From Albugo candida (lineage: Eukaryota): 64,000 bases of DNA. The stretch is from the NCBI GenBank assembly GCA_040437565.1, contig JBDOQK010000026.1, positions 1-64,000 of the forward strand, read 5' to 3'. Below the pieces are notes generated by a model. The model did not search any database. It was not told the DNA's origin and was given only the letters and a program-made list of their open reading frames with translations. Each line of letters starts with the position of its first letter. The first letter of the stretch is position 1. Made by a program: the position numbers and the translations under genes. Below are positions 24,882-37,074 of this stretch, one piece after another.

Positions 24882-25731
24882 GGGAATCGTTTTTCAGCCC
24901 CCACCTTTTCTGTAATCAGCCCCCAGCCTTCATAAATTAATGGGAATCGTAGCCTTTGATTGGTTTAAACAAATATAACAGAATAAATGATTCAAATTAC
25001 AGAAATCGTTATCTAGCCAATAAATAGAAAGCGTGGCCTCTGGTTGGTCTGAATAGATGCAACGGAATATATAAAAGTATATATTAATCACACTGTTATC
25101 TCCTGCAACTTCAACTTCAATTTACTTGTAGGCTTGTTGTCATCTAGAATGGGCTATCCTTGCGCCCATGCTTTTCGTCATCGAGTAATACCACTGTCTG
25201 TTAATGATTTTGATCAGCATTGGTGGCTGTTACAGCCAGTACCAATTCATAATGAGGCTGGGACCATGTCAATTGGAATTGAAATAACATTAAAAACGAT
25301 TACTGATGAGTATGCGGATACTTCCAATCATCGTAAGCATGTGCTGGTAGACTATATCCTGGCATTCCCAGAGAAATTCGCGATCGTGTGCAAGTTCGCA
25401 CGCGTGGTAGGCCATCGAACTTAACGCAGCAACTTCCATCGAAGTTCGAGCATGTTACTGGTGCTTTGATGCTTCTGTGCATCGCCGAAGATGTCGGAAA
25501 TGCCAACGGACAGGCCACAATGCCAGAAGCTGCCGACCAGCAGCACTAACAACACCAGCAACACCTGCAGCAGTAGATTTAGATATAGACTTAGATTAAG
25601 TCATACAAAATTGCAGAAATCGAAGCTTTTTTGTGTTTATTTCATTGTATTTATTCCGTTTCATCTATTCAGACCAAACAGAGGTCACGCTTTCTAAATT
25701 TATAAAGGGTGGAGTCTGGATAACGATTCCC
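24882..25731 (+). mobile_element. Non-autonomous MULE, copy B
   Basis: Termini GGGAATCGTTTTTCAGCCCCCACC / GGGTGGAGTCTGGATAACGATTCCC. Internal SWIM remnant (MGYPCAHA) and knuckle RRCRKCQRTGHNARSC. Shares subterminal and internal sequence with 2044-2787. Confidence 0.75.
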
Positions 25732-25749
25732 GTACTTTAATTTTATTTA

Positions 25750-27870
25750 GGGTATTGATATCCCGACAACTTTTTTTTAATTACAGCATGTCTAGTTGAA
25801 TTATTACTCACAACTTTTTCTTTTTTACTAAATACATAAATAATTTTACATTTCTAACTGATTACATCCATAAATTCCCTAAATTGTTGCTCCAACAACT
25901 TCAATCGAGACTTATTTGTGATTGGCTAATACACAGATATTTTAACTGTGATAGGCTAATACATATGACAATTTCCATTTGACACATATTTCTATTTCTA
26001 TACGCTGCCTACCAGATTGCAATATGCTTCCCCCACCAGTACATCAAACCTACAACACATTTGAAGAGCTCTTCAAAGCTGTACAAAGAGTTTGCATTCA
26101 TTGAAGGCTATGCGTTGGCTATGAAGAGCTCTACCAAAAATCTGCGATACTACATAAAGTGCGACTTAGGAAGGACATACGATACAGGGTAAAATTTTTA
26201 GCACAAAATTTCAGCTCTACTTTTACAAAGTAAAACAGGTCAAACCTTCCTCAGAAGGATCGACAGCGCCAAACTGCCACCAAGTTAATTGAATGCCTGT
26301 TTTTGCTCTACGAACAATATATTCACGTGATTCAAAATTGAGATTGCTTATAAAAAAGGTCAGCATAGCCATGAAAATCAAAAGATATTGCTGGGCATCT
26401 AATAGCACGAAGGCTTACTATTACGGCAAAAACAACAATTCAAAGGTGCCTTCAACCTGGAGCTAGACCTAGCGAGGCGAGAAAAGCTCTTGAACTACAA
26501 GATTCATTGAATAGAGCTAGCATGAGGGACATTTACAATGAAAAGGTAAAGTCATGAATCAGTCTCAGAGATTTGTGTACTTGAATATGTTAGAATTTTA
26601 TTTTATTCTAATCATTTCACTTTCCAGGGTAAGATGCGAAATCAGTCCCTCAATGGCAGAACACAAATCGCAGCACTACTTGAGGAAGTCAATGAAGACC
26701 ATTACATCTCTTCAACCAAATGCAGCAATGACAACAATCTGACGCATCTTTTTTTGCCAATCCAAAGTCCATCAAGTTGACGCGCCGCTTTCCTCCTGAT
26801 TTGTTCTTGGACTGCACATACAAGACAAACAAGTATAAAATGCCCTGCTTCATACTGTTGGGTTTACTTGCCTGAATTCAACATTCTCACCATCCTTTAC
26901 ATTCCTACCGAAGGAGCATCAGGAGTACTACATATGGGCGCTAAACCAGATCAAAAGTATCTATAATGGGGTATCCTCTCGGAAGGTCATACTCACAGAT
27001 CGCGAGCTTGCGCTAGTTAAGGCTGTCCAGGAAGTTTTTCCATCAAGCAAGCATTACTTTGACGTTGGCATATTGAAAAAAATGTGCTGGCAAACTGTAA
27101 GGGCAAATTTGGTACTTCAAAATAATGTGATGATTTTATGAGTGATTGGTCACGCGTAAGTAATGTGATGATTTTATGAGTGATTGGTCACGCGTAAGTA
27201 ATGTTTCTCATGAAAAAACACAGATTTTATTAGTATCTAATTGTAAGAATCATTCTTACAGTTGCAGAACAGCAGAAACCCTGAACTCTTAGCAGCTCGT
27301 GGTAAAAGATGAAAATCAAGTATGAATACAAGCCAAATCTATTTTTGTACTTGGAAGAGACATGGCTTGTGCACAAGGAATGATTTGTAACAGCATGGAC
27401 AAAGTTTTACCCTCACTTCGGGACTATCAATACATCGAGTTGAAGGAGCACATGCCACAATCAAAAGATGGTTAAAGGTGTCAACAATGGATCTACGAGA
27501 TGTAAGTGTCAAGTTAACTAATTGTCTACAGCAGCAGGAGAGGGAGTTTCGAAAGCAGTTGCAGAAACAGAAACTCGAGCTTACCATGATCTAAATGACA
27601 GGATATATGATGGTATAGTGCGTAAGGTGTCTTCCTTTGCTCTGAGAAAAATAAAAGATGAAATCAAGGAGGACTTGGCTGGAAACAGGGAAGGAACTTG
27701 CGCGCATGCTTTCGAAGAAATTTATGGTCTACCCTGCTGGCACTCCCTTTCCAAAAAAATCGAAAATGACCAAACTCTCCAGCCATCCGACATCCACCAA
27801 CAATGGCACCTTTCTCCAGAAATCGAACCAGCAGTCTCAGAGGATGCTGAAGAAGATTCAGAGACTGGTA
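25750..27870 (+). mobile_element. MULE transposase pseudogene with introns, 3'-truncated
   Basis: FAR1-like N-terminus (FAFIEGYA...CDLG), LDCTYKTNKY, ILTDRELAL, WHIEKN, YLEETW, VEGAHATIK, SWIM CAHAFEEIYGLPCWH. Contains stops and frameshifts. Confidence 0.85.
27123..27198 (+). repeat. Perfect 38-bp tandem duplication inside the MULE
   Basis: TAATGTGATGATTTTATGAGTGATTGGTCACGCGTAAG occurs twice. Confidence 0.9.
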
Positions 27871-29225
27871 TTGGGGAATACCAGCGAGGCATGCTGACGT
27901 ACCTAATGCGTACGTGAAGCTACCAAAAGAAAAGAACCTGGACTTGTACTTGTACTTGCACGTGCCTCAAGTAATCGAAATATCGATTTTCCAAGCTAGA
28001 TGAACTCGGTGTTACGGGTCGTGATTATTGGTACTACGATTACATTAGAGTCTGTATGGGTTAAAACAGGCATGACGGCTATGTAGTCACCTTTTGCATT
28101 AAAAGCTGAGCGATGCAAGTTTTAAGCACAGTCTCACTGACTCATGTTTATGTTACGACCAAGACACAAATGGAATTACAGTTTCGGGGGTATATGTCGA
28201 CGTATAATGATAACGGGAAAAGTCTCTCGAGAATCGAGCCTACATTTGATAGTATTTCAAGCATTTCAATCAAGAATCACGGACCGTCAGTAAGTTTCTG
28301 GGAATGCGAGTTCGGTACACCGAAGATGATGGATACTCTTTGGATCAGGAACCGTCCATATGCGATTTGATAACGAAAATGGTTCTAGATGAAGCGCATC
28401 CGGTCCTCACGCCTATCGGTCAAGACTACAGCGATAGCACAACATCAAAATTCGGACCGCTTGCAGATGCATTCAGTCAAGTAGGCAACAATCAAGAAGT
28501 TTCAGTCTTTGGCGGGAAGCCTTTTATGGTTTGCGCTTTGCACTGATCCAGACATCAGTCTCGCTTTACACAAGCTGACGAGACGTAGAATGCACCGACA
28601 ACAGCCGACTGGGCGTTAGGGGTCATAGTGGTGAAGTATCTCAAGTGTACGAAAAGTCTAAGGCTCTATGTGGGTGGTGAAGTATGCACCAATCCCAGAG
28701 AAGTCAATCTAGAAGCGTTTTCAGATGCTGATCATGCGGCGGATGATGAATCGAGAAAGAGCATATCTGGTACAGCATTTATTTTGTATGGATGGCGATG
28801 AGCTGGTCATGCAAAAAGAAGCACTCAGTGGCATTATCGACGTTGAAAGCGGAGTTCGTAGCAGCATCGAAGTCATTGCAGGAATTACTTGGAGCAAGGG
28901 AATTATTCAAAGAGTTGAATTTCAAAGTGAAGGAGCCAATGATCTTGTGGATAGATAACCAGGCGGCTATCAGTCAGTTTTTTAGCGAAGCTACTTCAAT
29001 CAAGGCTAAGCATATCGACGTCCGATTTAAAGTCGTTAGAGCTAGCATGATTAAACAAATAGCGCGCCAAGGTACGTGCATACAGCGAAGATGATGGCCA
29101 ACTTACAGACAAAGGTGTTTTTCCGACACCAAAATTTTCTCAGCCAAGAGAGTTATGGCAGTTACGGGATCGAACGATGAAAGTTGAAGATGACACAATT
29201 TTGAGTGCAACCAGAAAGGAAGGAT

Positions 29226-29373
29226 TGTTGGAAGAACTTAAGAAGGGCTATAGATTCTAGTGGCACTTGGTACTTACTCTAAACGATTGGTTAGGATTTT
29301 AATTTTCTAGAAATAAAACCTCAGGATCGGCAATTTTCCTGGAACGCGACCATCGTTCGCTCACCTGCCAACA
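29226..29373 (+). repeat. 3' LTR of Copia element 2
   Basis: TGTTGG...CCAACA directly after the PPT. Confidence 0.9.
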
Positions 29374-31317
29374 GAACATTATGTATGCGACTGACAGAAC
29401 AAGAAGTAATTCTGAAGTAATGCAGATTTTGCAACTTTGGCGCTACTACGAATTGATAGATATCGAAGAGGATGAAGTAGATGTAGATTTATCGCAGTAG
29501 GTATTTTTTGTCTCTATGACAATACCTAAAGCCGGCTTTTCGCTGCTTGGCGTGCACCGAAGAGGTTTTGGGGCAACATTGCGAAGCTCGTACTACCGAT
29601 GGAGTTCTTCGCTAGTTAATTTCTAATTCTGATTATCTCGTGCGAACATACTTGCAGGCTACATGAAAGCTATGCAAGTATTCTGTTCTTCACCGGCATG
29701 TAGACAACATAATCGCTGTGGCGCTCTTCCAACGAAGACAGGGCCGCCATTAGATCTATCAAGCTAATTGGTAGTTTGAATCAGGCCTCAGCATCAGCAT
29801 GTTGATGGGTTCCTCGCTTCTTTAGAAGCCTACACAGCATTATAGTTCGCTTGCAATAGCATTGAGGCCGAATGGTATACTGCATCACCTCACAATCATT
29901 CCTATAAGGTTACTTGCAGAGCTCGCTTTTTTTTCTTCTCAGATCGCCACCTACTTATCGTATACCTTCTCCTTCAAGTGGTGCTAAATTCTTGCAATCG
30001 CCAATTTATTTGGAGGATCGAGAGACTGCTGTTAGTTCAAGATTTGTTCGCTTGTGCCCCGACATTTTTTTGCGCGGTATGAGGATAAATTTAATGGGAT
30101 AGTGCATGACTAGCTTTGATCTTATGAGTGAAGTCTCGTGCACATTTTCATTTACGAAGTGAAATCTATCGTACGGTTAGGGTGTACTTGCTCAATCGAA
30201 GCCAAGTTGCGGCATGTCAGTTATCGAAATATATTGATTCAATATGCTATTACTTACCTTCATTTTCATGAGCCCTTACTTATCTAGAAATGACAATATG
30301 AATGCCATAAGTCATACACGTGAATGCCTGAAAAGTCCTTTTCATTCTCAGACAAAATGGGCAGCTTAAGATCACATCATGCAAAGTAGCAGAGAAAAGC
30401 GGTTCAAGCAACTGGTTGATGGGTAACAGAACATGTTTTTTTCATTTTATTTTTTATCCACCCACCTGATCCAGACAAAGTTCTTTCTTTTGCGCGTAGC
30501 TGTGATTCATCTCCTTGCGCTTGAGTCCCTATTCTTGTTCATTAGGTATTTCAACTATTTCGAGAGATGTATTATATTGAGGATGGCTCAATGGAGGTTG
30601 CGGAACTCTTTTATTAAGTTCTTGGGTAAGCAGTTTAACGCTGTAGTAGGAGCATACTCTAGCCTGGATTCCTTGAATGACGCCGTTCTTTTCAGCAGTC
30701 TACGACCCTATTGAATTTGCTGCTGTCTGGTTAGCACGTACAAGTGAAGAAACGGCATCAAATATGCAAAAGACCTTCCGGTAGATTCGGGCAGGGACAT
30801 TTATGTCTATTGTTGGCTTAGCGAAACAAAGAGTACGAGTGTAGTACAAAAGGAGCAANNNNNNNNNNNNNNNNNNNNNNNNNNNNNNNNNNNNNNNNNN
30901 NNNNNNNNNNNNNNNNNNNNNNNNNNNNNNNNNNNNNNNNNNNNNNNNNNNNNNNNNNATTTCGAGAGATGTATTATATTGAGGATGGCTCAATGGAGGT
31001 TGCGGAACTCTTTTATTAAGTTCTTGGGTAAGCAGTTTAACGCTGTAGTAGGAGCATACTCTAGCCTGGATTCCTTGAATGACGCCGTTCTTTTCAGCAG
31101 TCTACGACCCTATTGAATTTGCTGCTGTCTGGTTAGCACGTACAAGTGAAGAAACGGCATCAAATATGCAAAAGACCTTCCGGTAGATTCGGGCAGGGAC
31201 ATTTATGTCTATTGTTGGCTTAGCGAAACAAAGAGTACGAGTGTAGTACAAAAGGAGCAAGAGAATCAGAATTATTTGCTATCTGCATTTATCCTCGGGT
31301 AATATTTTCCGGGCGTC

Positions 31318-32493
31318 TTACTGAGCGCAAACCGGTTGTTGCTCTTGTGATTGGTACTTTTCAAGCAGAGAAATTACTCTTTTTTTGAAATTACTTTTCG
31401 ATTGATCTGGGTCATCGTTGATCGCTGTATATACTTGGTGCTGGTATAGTATTTCATCTTCGTTGAATTTTTCGTCTTTCTCAATACGTTCTCTTTGATT
31501 TTTTATGTCCTTTTCTGCTTGAGTCTTATCTTTTCGAACAGAAACTTTCATTGAATCCCAATTAGTTGTTTCAGTTGCGTGTGGATCAGCCTTTACAACC
31601 TTGACGGTATAGTACATCAAATCTTCTTTCTTCCTCAAATCGGGATGAAACATGAGCATTGTAGCCAAAATGTCGGACGGGCAGAATTGAATGCCTCCCT
31701 TGATTCCATCTGCAATATCTCTAAGCTCTTGACGACTAGAACGTTCCAACAAAGCCTTTAGCTCCTGGTCCCATTGCTTTTGTCTTTTGATCAGACCTTT
31801 GAAAAGATCATTGCGTTCCATGTGTTCGGTGAAGAATTCTACAAGTTTCGGAAAAGTCTCTTTGGCCATACCGCCAGGATATTTGCTCACCAGGCCAGAA
31901 GATATGTGAATTTTATTTTCTAGTGCTGTTAAATTCATAAACTTCATAGTGTGTTCCGGGTCTCGGTATAGGTTATAATCGGCAGCATAACTGTCAGGAT
32001 CCCAGCCGCCAGACCAATAAATTTCGAGAATATTATCAAATTTAGCTTCGTGCTCTTCTTTTAATTCACACAAAACCATTGAAAGGCTCCTAAGAGGAGC
32101 AAGAATCAAGATATAGAACTTCATGTCCAAATTCATCAGCTCCGTTTTTAATATCTTATGAGATATTGCATCAATCGTATTAAAGGGTAGATTTTTGTCA
32201 TTGTGCGGCGAGTTCGCGCCATCCAATACTTGCAATCTGATTCCTGCAGTTTTAAAAATTTGTTTTATAAATACTCTTTTGTCGTCATTGGGCCACACAA
32301 GGTTGATTATAACTCCATATGCACAAATAGATTCTACATCCGGAGATTTTGCCATGAGAATAAGTGATAACATATCATCAGGTTCACCATCCGTCTCCAA
32401 TAGGCACTTGCCTTTCTGGCGACATTCGATAAAAGACAGCAGACAAAGTGCCCATACACAAACAAGCTGGAATCGCAGCTTGGAAGGAATCAT
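31318..32493 (-). CDS. Secreted nucleoside-hydrolase-fold protein (391 aa), candidate effector
   Basis: Signal-peptide-like N-terminus. NH motifs in the correct order: ETDGEPDD (DxDxxxDD), ILAPLRSL (GPLTN), YWSGG (IMGG), ADYNLYRDPE (AEFNxxxDPE), CPSDILA..HPDL (HDxxA..PEL). Intronless. Confidence 0.8.
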   Translation of the reverse strand: MIPSKLRFQLVCVWALCLLSFIECRQKGKCLLETDGEPDDMLSLILMAKSPDVESICAYGVIINLVWPNDDKRVFIKQIFKTAGIRLQVLDGANSPHNDKNLPFNTIDAISHKILKTELMNLDMKFYILILAPLRSLSMVLCELKEEHEAKFDNILEIYWSGGWDPDSYAADYNLYRDPEHTMKFMNLTALENKIHISSGLVSKYPGGMAKETFPKLVEFFTEHMERNDLFKGLIKRQKQWDQELKALLERSSRQELRDIADGIKGGIQFCPSDILATMLMFHPDLRKKEDLMYYTVKVVKADPHATETTNWDSMKVSVRKDKTQAEKDIKNQRERIEKDEKFNEDEILYQHQVYTAINDDPDQSKSNFKKRVISLLEKYQSQEQQPVCAQ

Positions 32494-33099
32494 CGAAGAC
32501 TAGTGTTTGAGTTTAGGTGGGTTGCGTTCACGATTGCAAAAGTAAAAGTGATAGGCAACTTACCAACTCAATTTTTCACAAACACGTACCAGTAAATTTT
32601 GCTCGCTTTGTACACGCAATCATTTGCAACGGAATCTAAGGAATCGAATAGCACGACAGTATTACACAAAGATAGAAGCGATGCGCATGTGCCATCATAA
32701 ACCGAATAGTGTGAATCCATATTGTATTTTTTAACGGGAATATTCTCACTATATAATCTATTCCTTCTATAAATGAGCATTTCGCATATTTCCTTGCGAA
32801 TGACGTGATTGACAAAACCAGTAGAATGCTATATATCAGCCCTTTGTTACAGGTCCCGCAATCGAAGATAATATCGTAGCAGAAGGCCGATTACCGATGT
32901 CGGAAATGTATTCTATAAATGTACTTGCAACGTTTCTGTCTTTGACACATTATTCATCCAGCTAACATTTCGACTAGGTTATGTGGTTTCAGAGTACCCG
33001 CTGTACTTCTACCGCCATTTGTCAAAAAGCTATCAAAAGCGCTCATCTCATCTACAACGGGTCCTTGTGCAGCAACGGCGGCGTCCAATTCCTGAGTCG

Positions 33100-36000
33100 C
33101 GCTTATCGTCGTAACATTTAAGAAGTGCATTAACGGTGTTTGTCTTCTTTAACGCAAATTTGAATCGTCTGAGCTAGTTGCTTCCTGCGTGAGATTTGCC
33201 GCTAATATCACGCATAATGTCGCACTGGTGTGTTGGCCAGGATATCTAATTTTATCTAATTTTAATAGATCCTCTTCTTGACAGCTTGCTTGGATCTTTT
33301 GTCTGTATATTCTACCTTTGTACACATAAATGTGAGCGCTTCTTTTTCTGATTGAAAGTGGCGTCTTACTTGAATTCAATCCTAGACTATAGCTCAAATC
33401 ATGTCCAACGTCTGAAGTCCTTTACGTGTGCTACTTGAGCAAAGACCGATGCATAGCTTTAAAGTGATACCACATTAGAGATGAAGCGTCCACGACTACT
33501 AAGGAACACAACGATACAATAGACCTTACACACTGCTCACTTTATACGAGAAGAATGAGTCACTCCATCCAAAGTTGAATCGAAACAACTAAGGACTCGC
33601 ATTGTTTACGTAAATACTAGTTTGACGTGTTTCGGAAATTAATTCCGAAGTATTTTTTCGAAAATCGCAAACTGAAAATATCAAAAAAAGCAAGGCGTGG
33701 TAGACAGGTAGTTAAATTACTGGAAACCGGATCTACTGATTGCAGGACGGTAAGTTGAAGACCTCCACTGGTGGAAGGTCACCATCTCCTGAATAGTCGT
33801 AGGTAGTGAAAGGTCGTAGAGAGACATAAGATAGTTGCTAAGGGAGTTCCCAATATAGCTTCTAAACAGCAAGTCTTTGTGTATTATCTTTTGCATAGTT
33901 TCTAATAGAGATGTCATCCATCTGTCGACAATGTTCTGTATCGAGCAGTGCCCGATCGCTGATCTATTTGACCAAACCAGTAATTCGCCGTATATCTAAG
34001 TCGCATACATTGACGGAAAGCGTACAAGGCCTGACTGGTGTCTATACCAGATTTCCTCATTTCTTGTTTTCCAACTTCACTGCTTTTACTTGTCCAAATA
34101 CTCCACACGATCTATGTCATAGCTTTTAGATATTGTACTGACTTCTTTGACAGCATCCTATAGCCATCTTTGGAAGTAGAGACAGTTGTCTACTCCATCC
34201 AGCTCCATACGGAAACTTGTATGTGCGCGAATTTGATTGACAATGGCTTCCGAAGCGCTTCGTTTGGTAGAAATACCTGTAAGGACGGACTAATTGTTCA
34301 TAATATTACGTCGTTTCGAGCATAACAATCTTACGCTCCGCTGTCGCCAATATCATCAGCTTCTCGATAGGACGATTTGTTTTTGTGTCCGTTTCATGAT
34401 GGCTTGAGATCTTCGTTGATCACAACGTAACTTGATATCCAAGACAATCGCGTTTTGAAGATCTTCTCACCCAGTTTCGATACTGATAGAGACACGAAGA
34501 AAAATTCATTTCTGTTCAACAAAGATCGACAAGAGCCTCCTTACTTTCTTGGACGTCTTCACGAGAGTTATTTATGCATACAATGAATTGAAAGTGAATG
34601 CTTATCGCTGAATGGAACTCTCAAATGCGGCAAATTTTGTCGTCCAAATAATTTCTCGATGTAAAATTGACAGCAAAGTTTTGTTTGACACATGCTTTGG
34701 TATGTGCGATGTTCATGCAATAATGACTTGGTATGTTTCGATCGCTATCATATACAGAAGACTTGAGGTCTGTACAAGAACCAACCTTTTGTGTCGAATG
34801 ACGTTATTCTCTACGCCATATTATCTGATGCCGCTTCTACCTCATTCAATTTGTGTGATTGCCTATTAGGCGAAGTTTTGTGTCCCNNNNNNNNNNNNNN
34901 NNNNNNNNNNNNNNNNNNNNNNNNNNNNNNNNNNNNNNNNNNNNNNNNNNNNNNNNNNNNNNNNNNNNNNNNNNNNNNNNNNNNNNCGAGAGTTATTTAT
35001 GCATACAATGAATTGAAAGTGAATGCTTATCGCTGAATGGAACTCTCAAATGCGGCAAATTTTGTCGTCCAAATAATTTCTCGATGTAAAATTGACAGCA
35101 AAGTTTTGTTTGACACATGCTTTGGTATGTGCGATGTTCATGCAATAATGACTTGGTATGTTTCGATCGCTATCATATACAGAAGACTTGAGGTCTGTAC
35201 AAGAACCAACCTTTTGTGTCGAATGACGTTATTCTCTACGCCATATTATCTGATGCCGCTTCTACCTCATTCAATTTGTGTGATTGCCTATTAGGCGAAG
35301 TTTTGTGTCCCCGTGACTGATAGGGTCCTGTTGTATTGGTTGAGGAAGGATGGGTTGAATCGTTTCGACAGACAATACGTTTAAATCAACACACGATCTA
35401 TCACAGCCAGATTTGATGATGAAACGTTTCTAATATGCAGACGAACGTAATTAGACCTAAACAGAGAGGTTTCTTGAGACATAACAAGTCGTTTTGATCA
35501 TCAGAAACGTTTCATTCTGTCTCTAGTCAGCAAACGGGTATATCTTGCTGTCAATTTTGCGAAGGGTGGCGCAACCATATGCAATAGCTGCCTGTGGTTG
35601 AGAATTTCACTCTGCAAATACGGATGATCGTTTTTACCTTGGCAACTGTTTTGATTGTATATGATAAATTTTGCTAGCAAGGAGTAGTGGCCGCTTTACT
35701 ACATGAAATGTCCTAAAACTGATGTACTCTCGAAAAAAAGGCACAGTTTAATTGTAGCTTCATACTTGACTGATTTACAGAGTTGGAGCAGAATATTACA
35801 AAGCGCAATGGCGGTCGTGGTACGAACAAACCTCCAACACATGGCGCGCCAAAAACAGAATATCCCAACAGACGCAATTATATATTGACTTGTTGTCAAA
35901 CCCTGGTCGTAGAGGATCTGCTAGAGTGATTGAAAACTCAGGATAGCTCAAAGACGACAAAATCTGTGGATTGCACAATCAGCGTTTGACCACAACACTC

Positions 36001-36900
36001 AATCGATACCAAAGCGATAAGAGGAAGATATATATATGAAGATAGCAGAGCATTACTCAATTTCCATCGATGTTGGCCAAGAAACCTTAGATGAAAGTAG
36101 ACTTCGGTGCATAACAATAAATACTGCTCGGATTAGCAAGCAGGATGAAGCATCGGCAGAAGACCCATCATTGTATGCCACCATGAAGAGTTGTTACATT
36201 CTGATCTATGACGGGTCAATGCCCTAGAATGAATACTTCCGCTAATGAGTAAACTTTCATTAATGTGTCGGCATAGGTTCTTTAAGGATCACCCTAGTCA
36301 GCAATGAGCCGGATCCTGCATATCATGATGTTCAAGTCAAGTGATCCCAACCCTACTGGTGGCTGCAACCCCTTGTTAATGTGTGTGCGCAGCGCTTATC
36401 ATATCTCCAGTCGTTTAAATAGTTGTCCTGGCTACCGTGCGGTATCTTGTCTTGGGCACGTATTTACATTCTCGAGACAGACCAACCTACACATGATTAA
36501 TTCCAGCTCTGGGATTAAGCCTTCTCAGCCACAAATAGGATTTAGGAAATTCTGCTTATATATAATCGAGAACACCGACCACCAAGAGTTGTACGTTCTA
36601 AAAGCACGGAGTAAAAGATTTGATACCTTTCGTCAAATCTATTCTATTTTGGCACGTTCATTTCAGCTGAACAATCATCCAACATTTGAGACAAAATTCA
36701 TCTATAGACTCTGTCATGCCAACCATATCGAATATTGCATAGTCTTTCCAGTCGCGCTCGTTGCAGCCTCGGTATTGTTAATTTCAAGAGAGATCCATTC
36801 TTGCATCCGTGATCGATGGTTGCTGAAGGTGTCAACAATTATATGTACATGTAGAGCTGTAGGGCTTTGTATATCATCAAGAATGTGTATTCGTTGATTC
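33100..36900 (-). mobile_element. Heavily decayed Copia-like remnant
   Basis: Minus-strand fragments resemble integrase (FW...TTAIALCN) and RT (SQALYAFRQ, DD-like). Confidence 0.4.
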
Positions 36901-37074
36901 TTCTCAGGTGTCACATAACTAAAGCAAGTACACATCTACGCAATGGAATGCCAACTACTCGAGCGACTACGCAGTAGTGGGAATGACACAATAACGTCTG
37001 AAAGTGTACTAGATTATGAGAAAAATTCGACTTTGAAAACTTTGATAGAAGTGGAGAGAATGCATGTTAGAGGC

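Larger units (their letters stand above)
22919..29373 (+). mobile_element. Ty1/Copia element 2, decayed and interrupted by MULE sequences
   Basis: 5' LTR 22919-23066, PBS 23067-23079, gag with CYSCGKSGH knuckle, protease ILDSGSS, HQRFGH and integrase start to ~24880. RT resumes at ~27872 (WGIPARHADVPNAYVK), then RNaseH KHIDVR, PPT ACCAGAAAGGAAGGAT, 3' LTR 29226-29373. Confidence 0.9.

Noticed and set aside
30557-31260. 302-bp direct repeat around the N-gap
   Set aside because: Copies abut a 100-N gap exactly; this is an unmerged contig overlap, not a tandem duplication.
34562-35311. 325-bp direct repeat giving two identical 85-aa ORFs
   Set aside because: Gap-flanking assembly artefact; the ORFs are antisense to TE debris.
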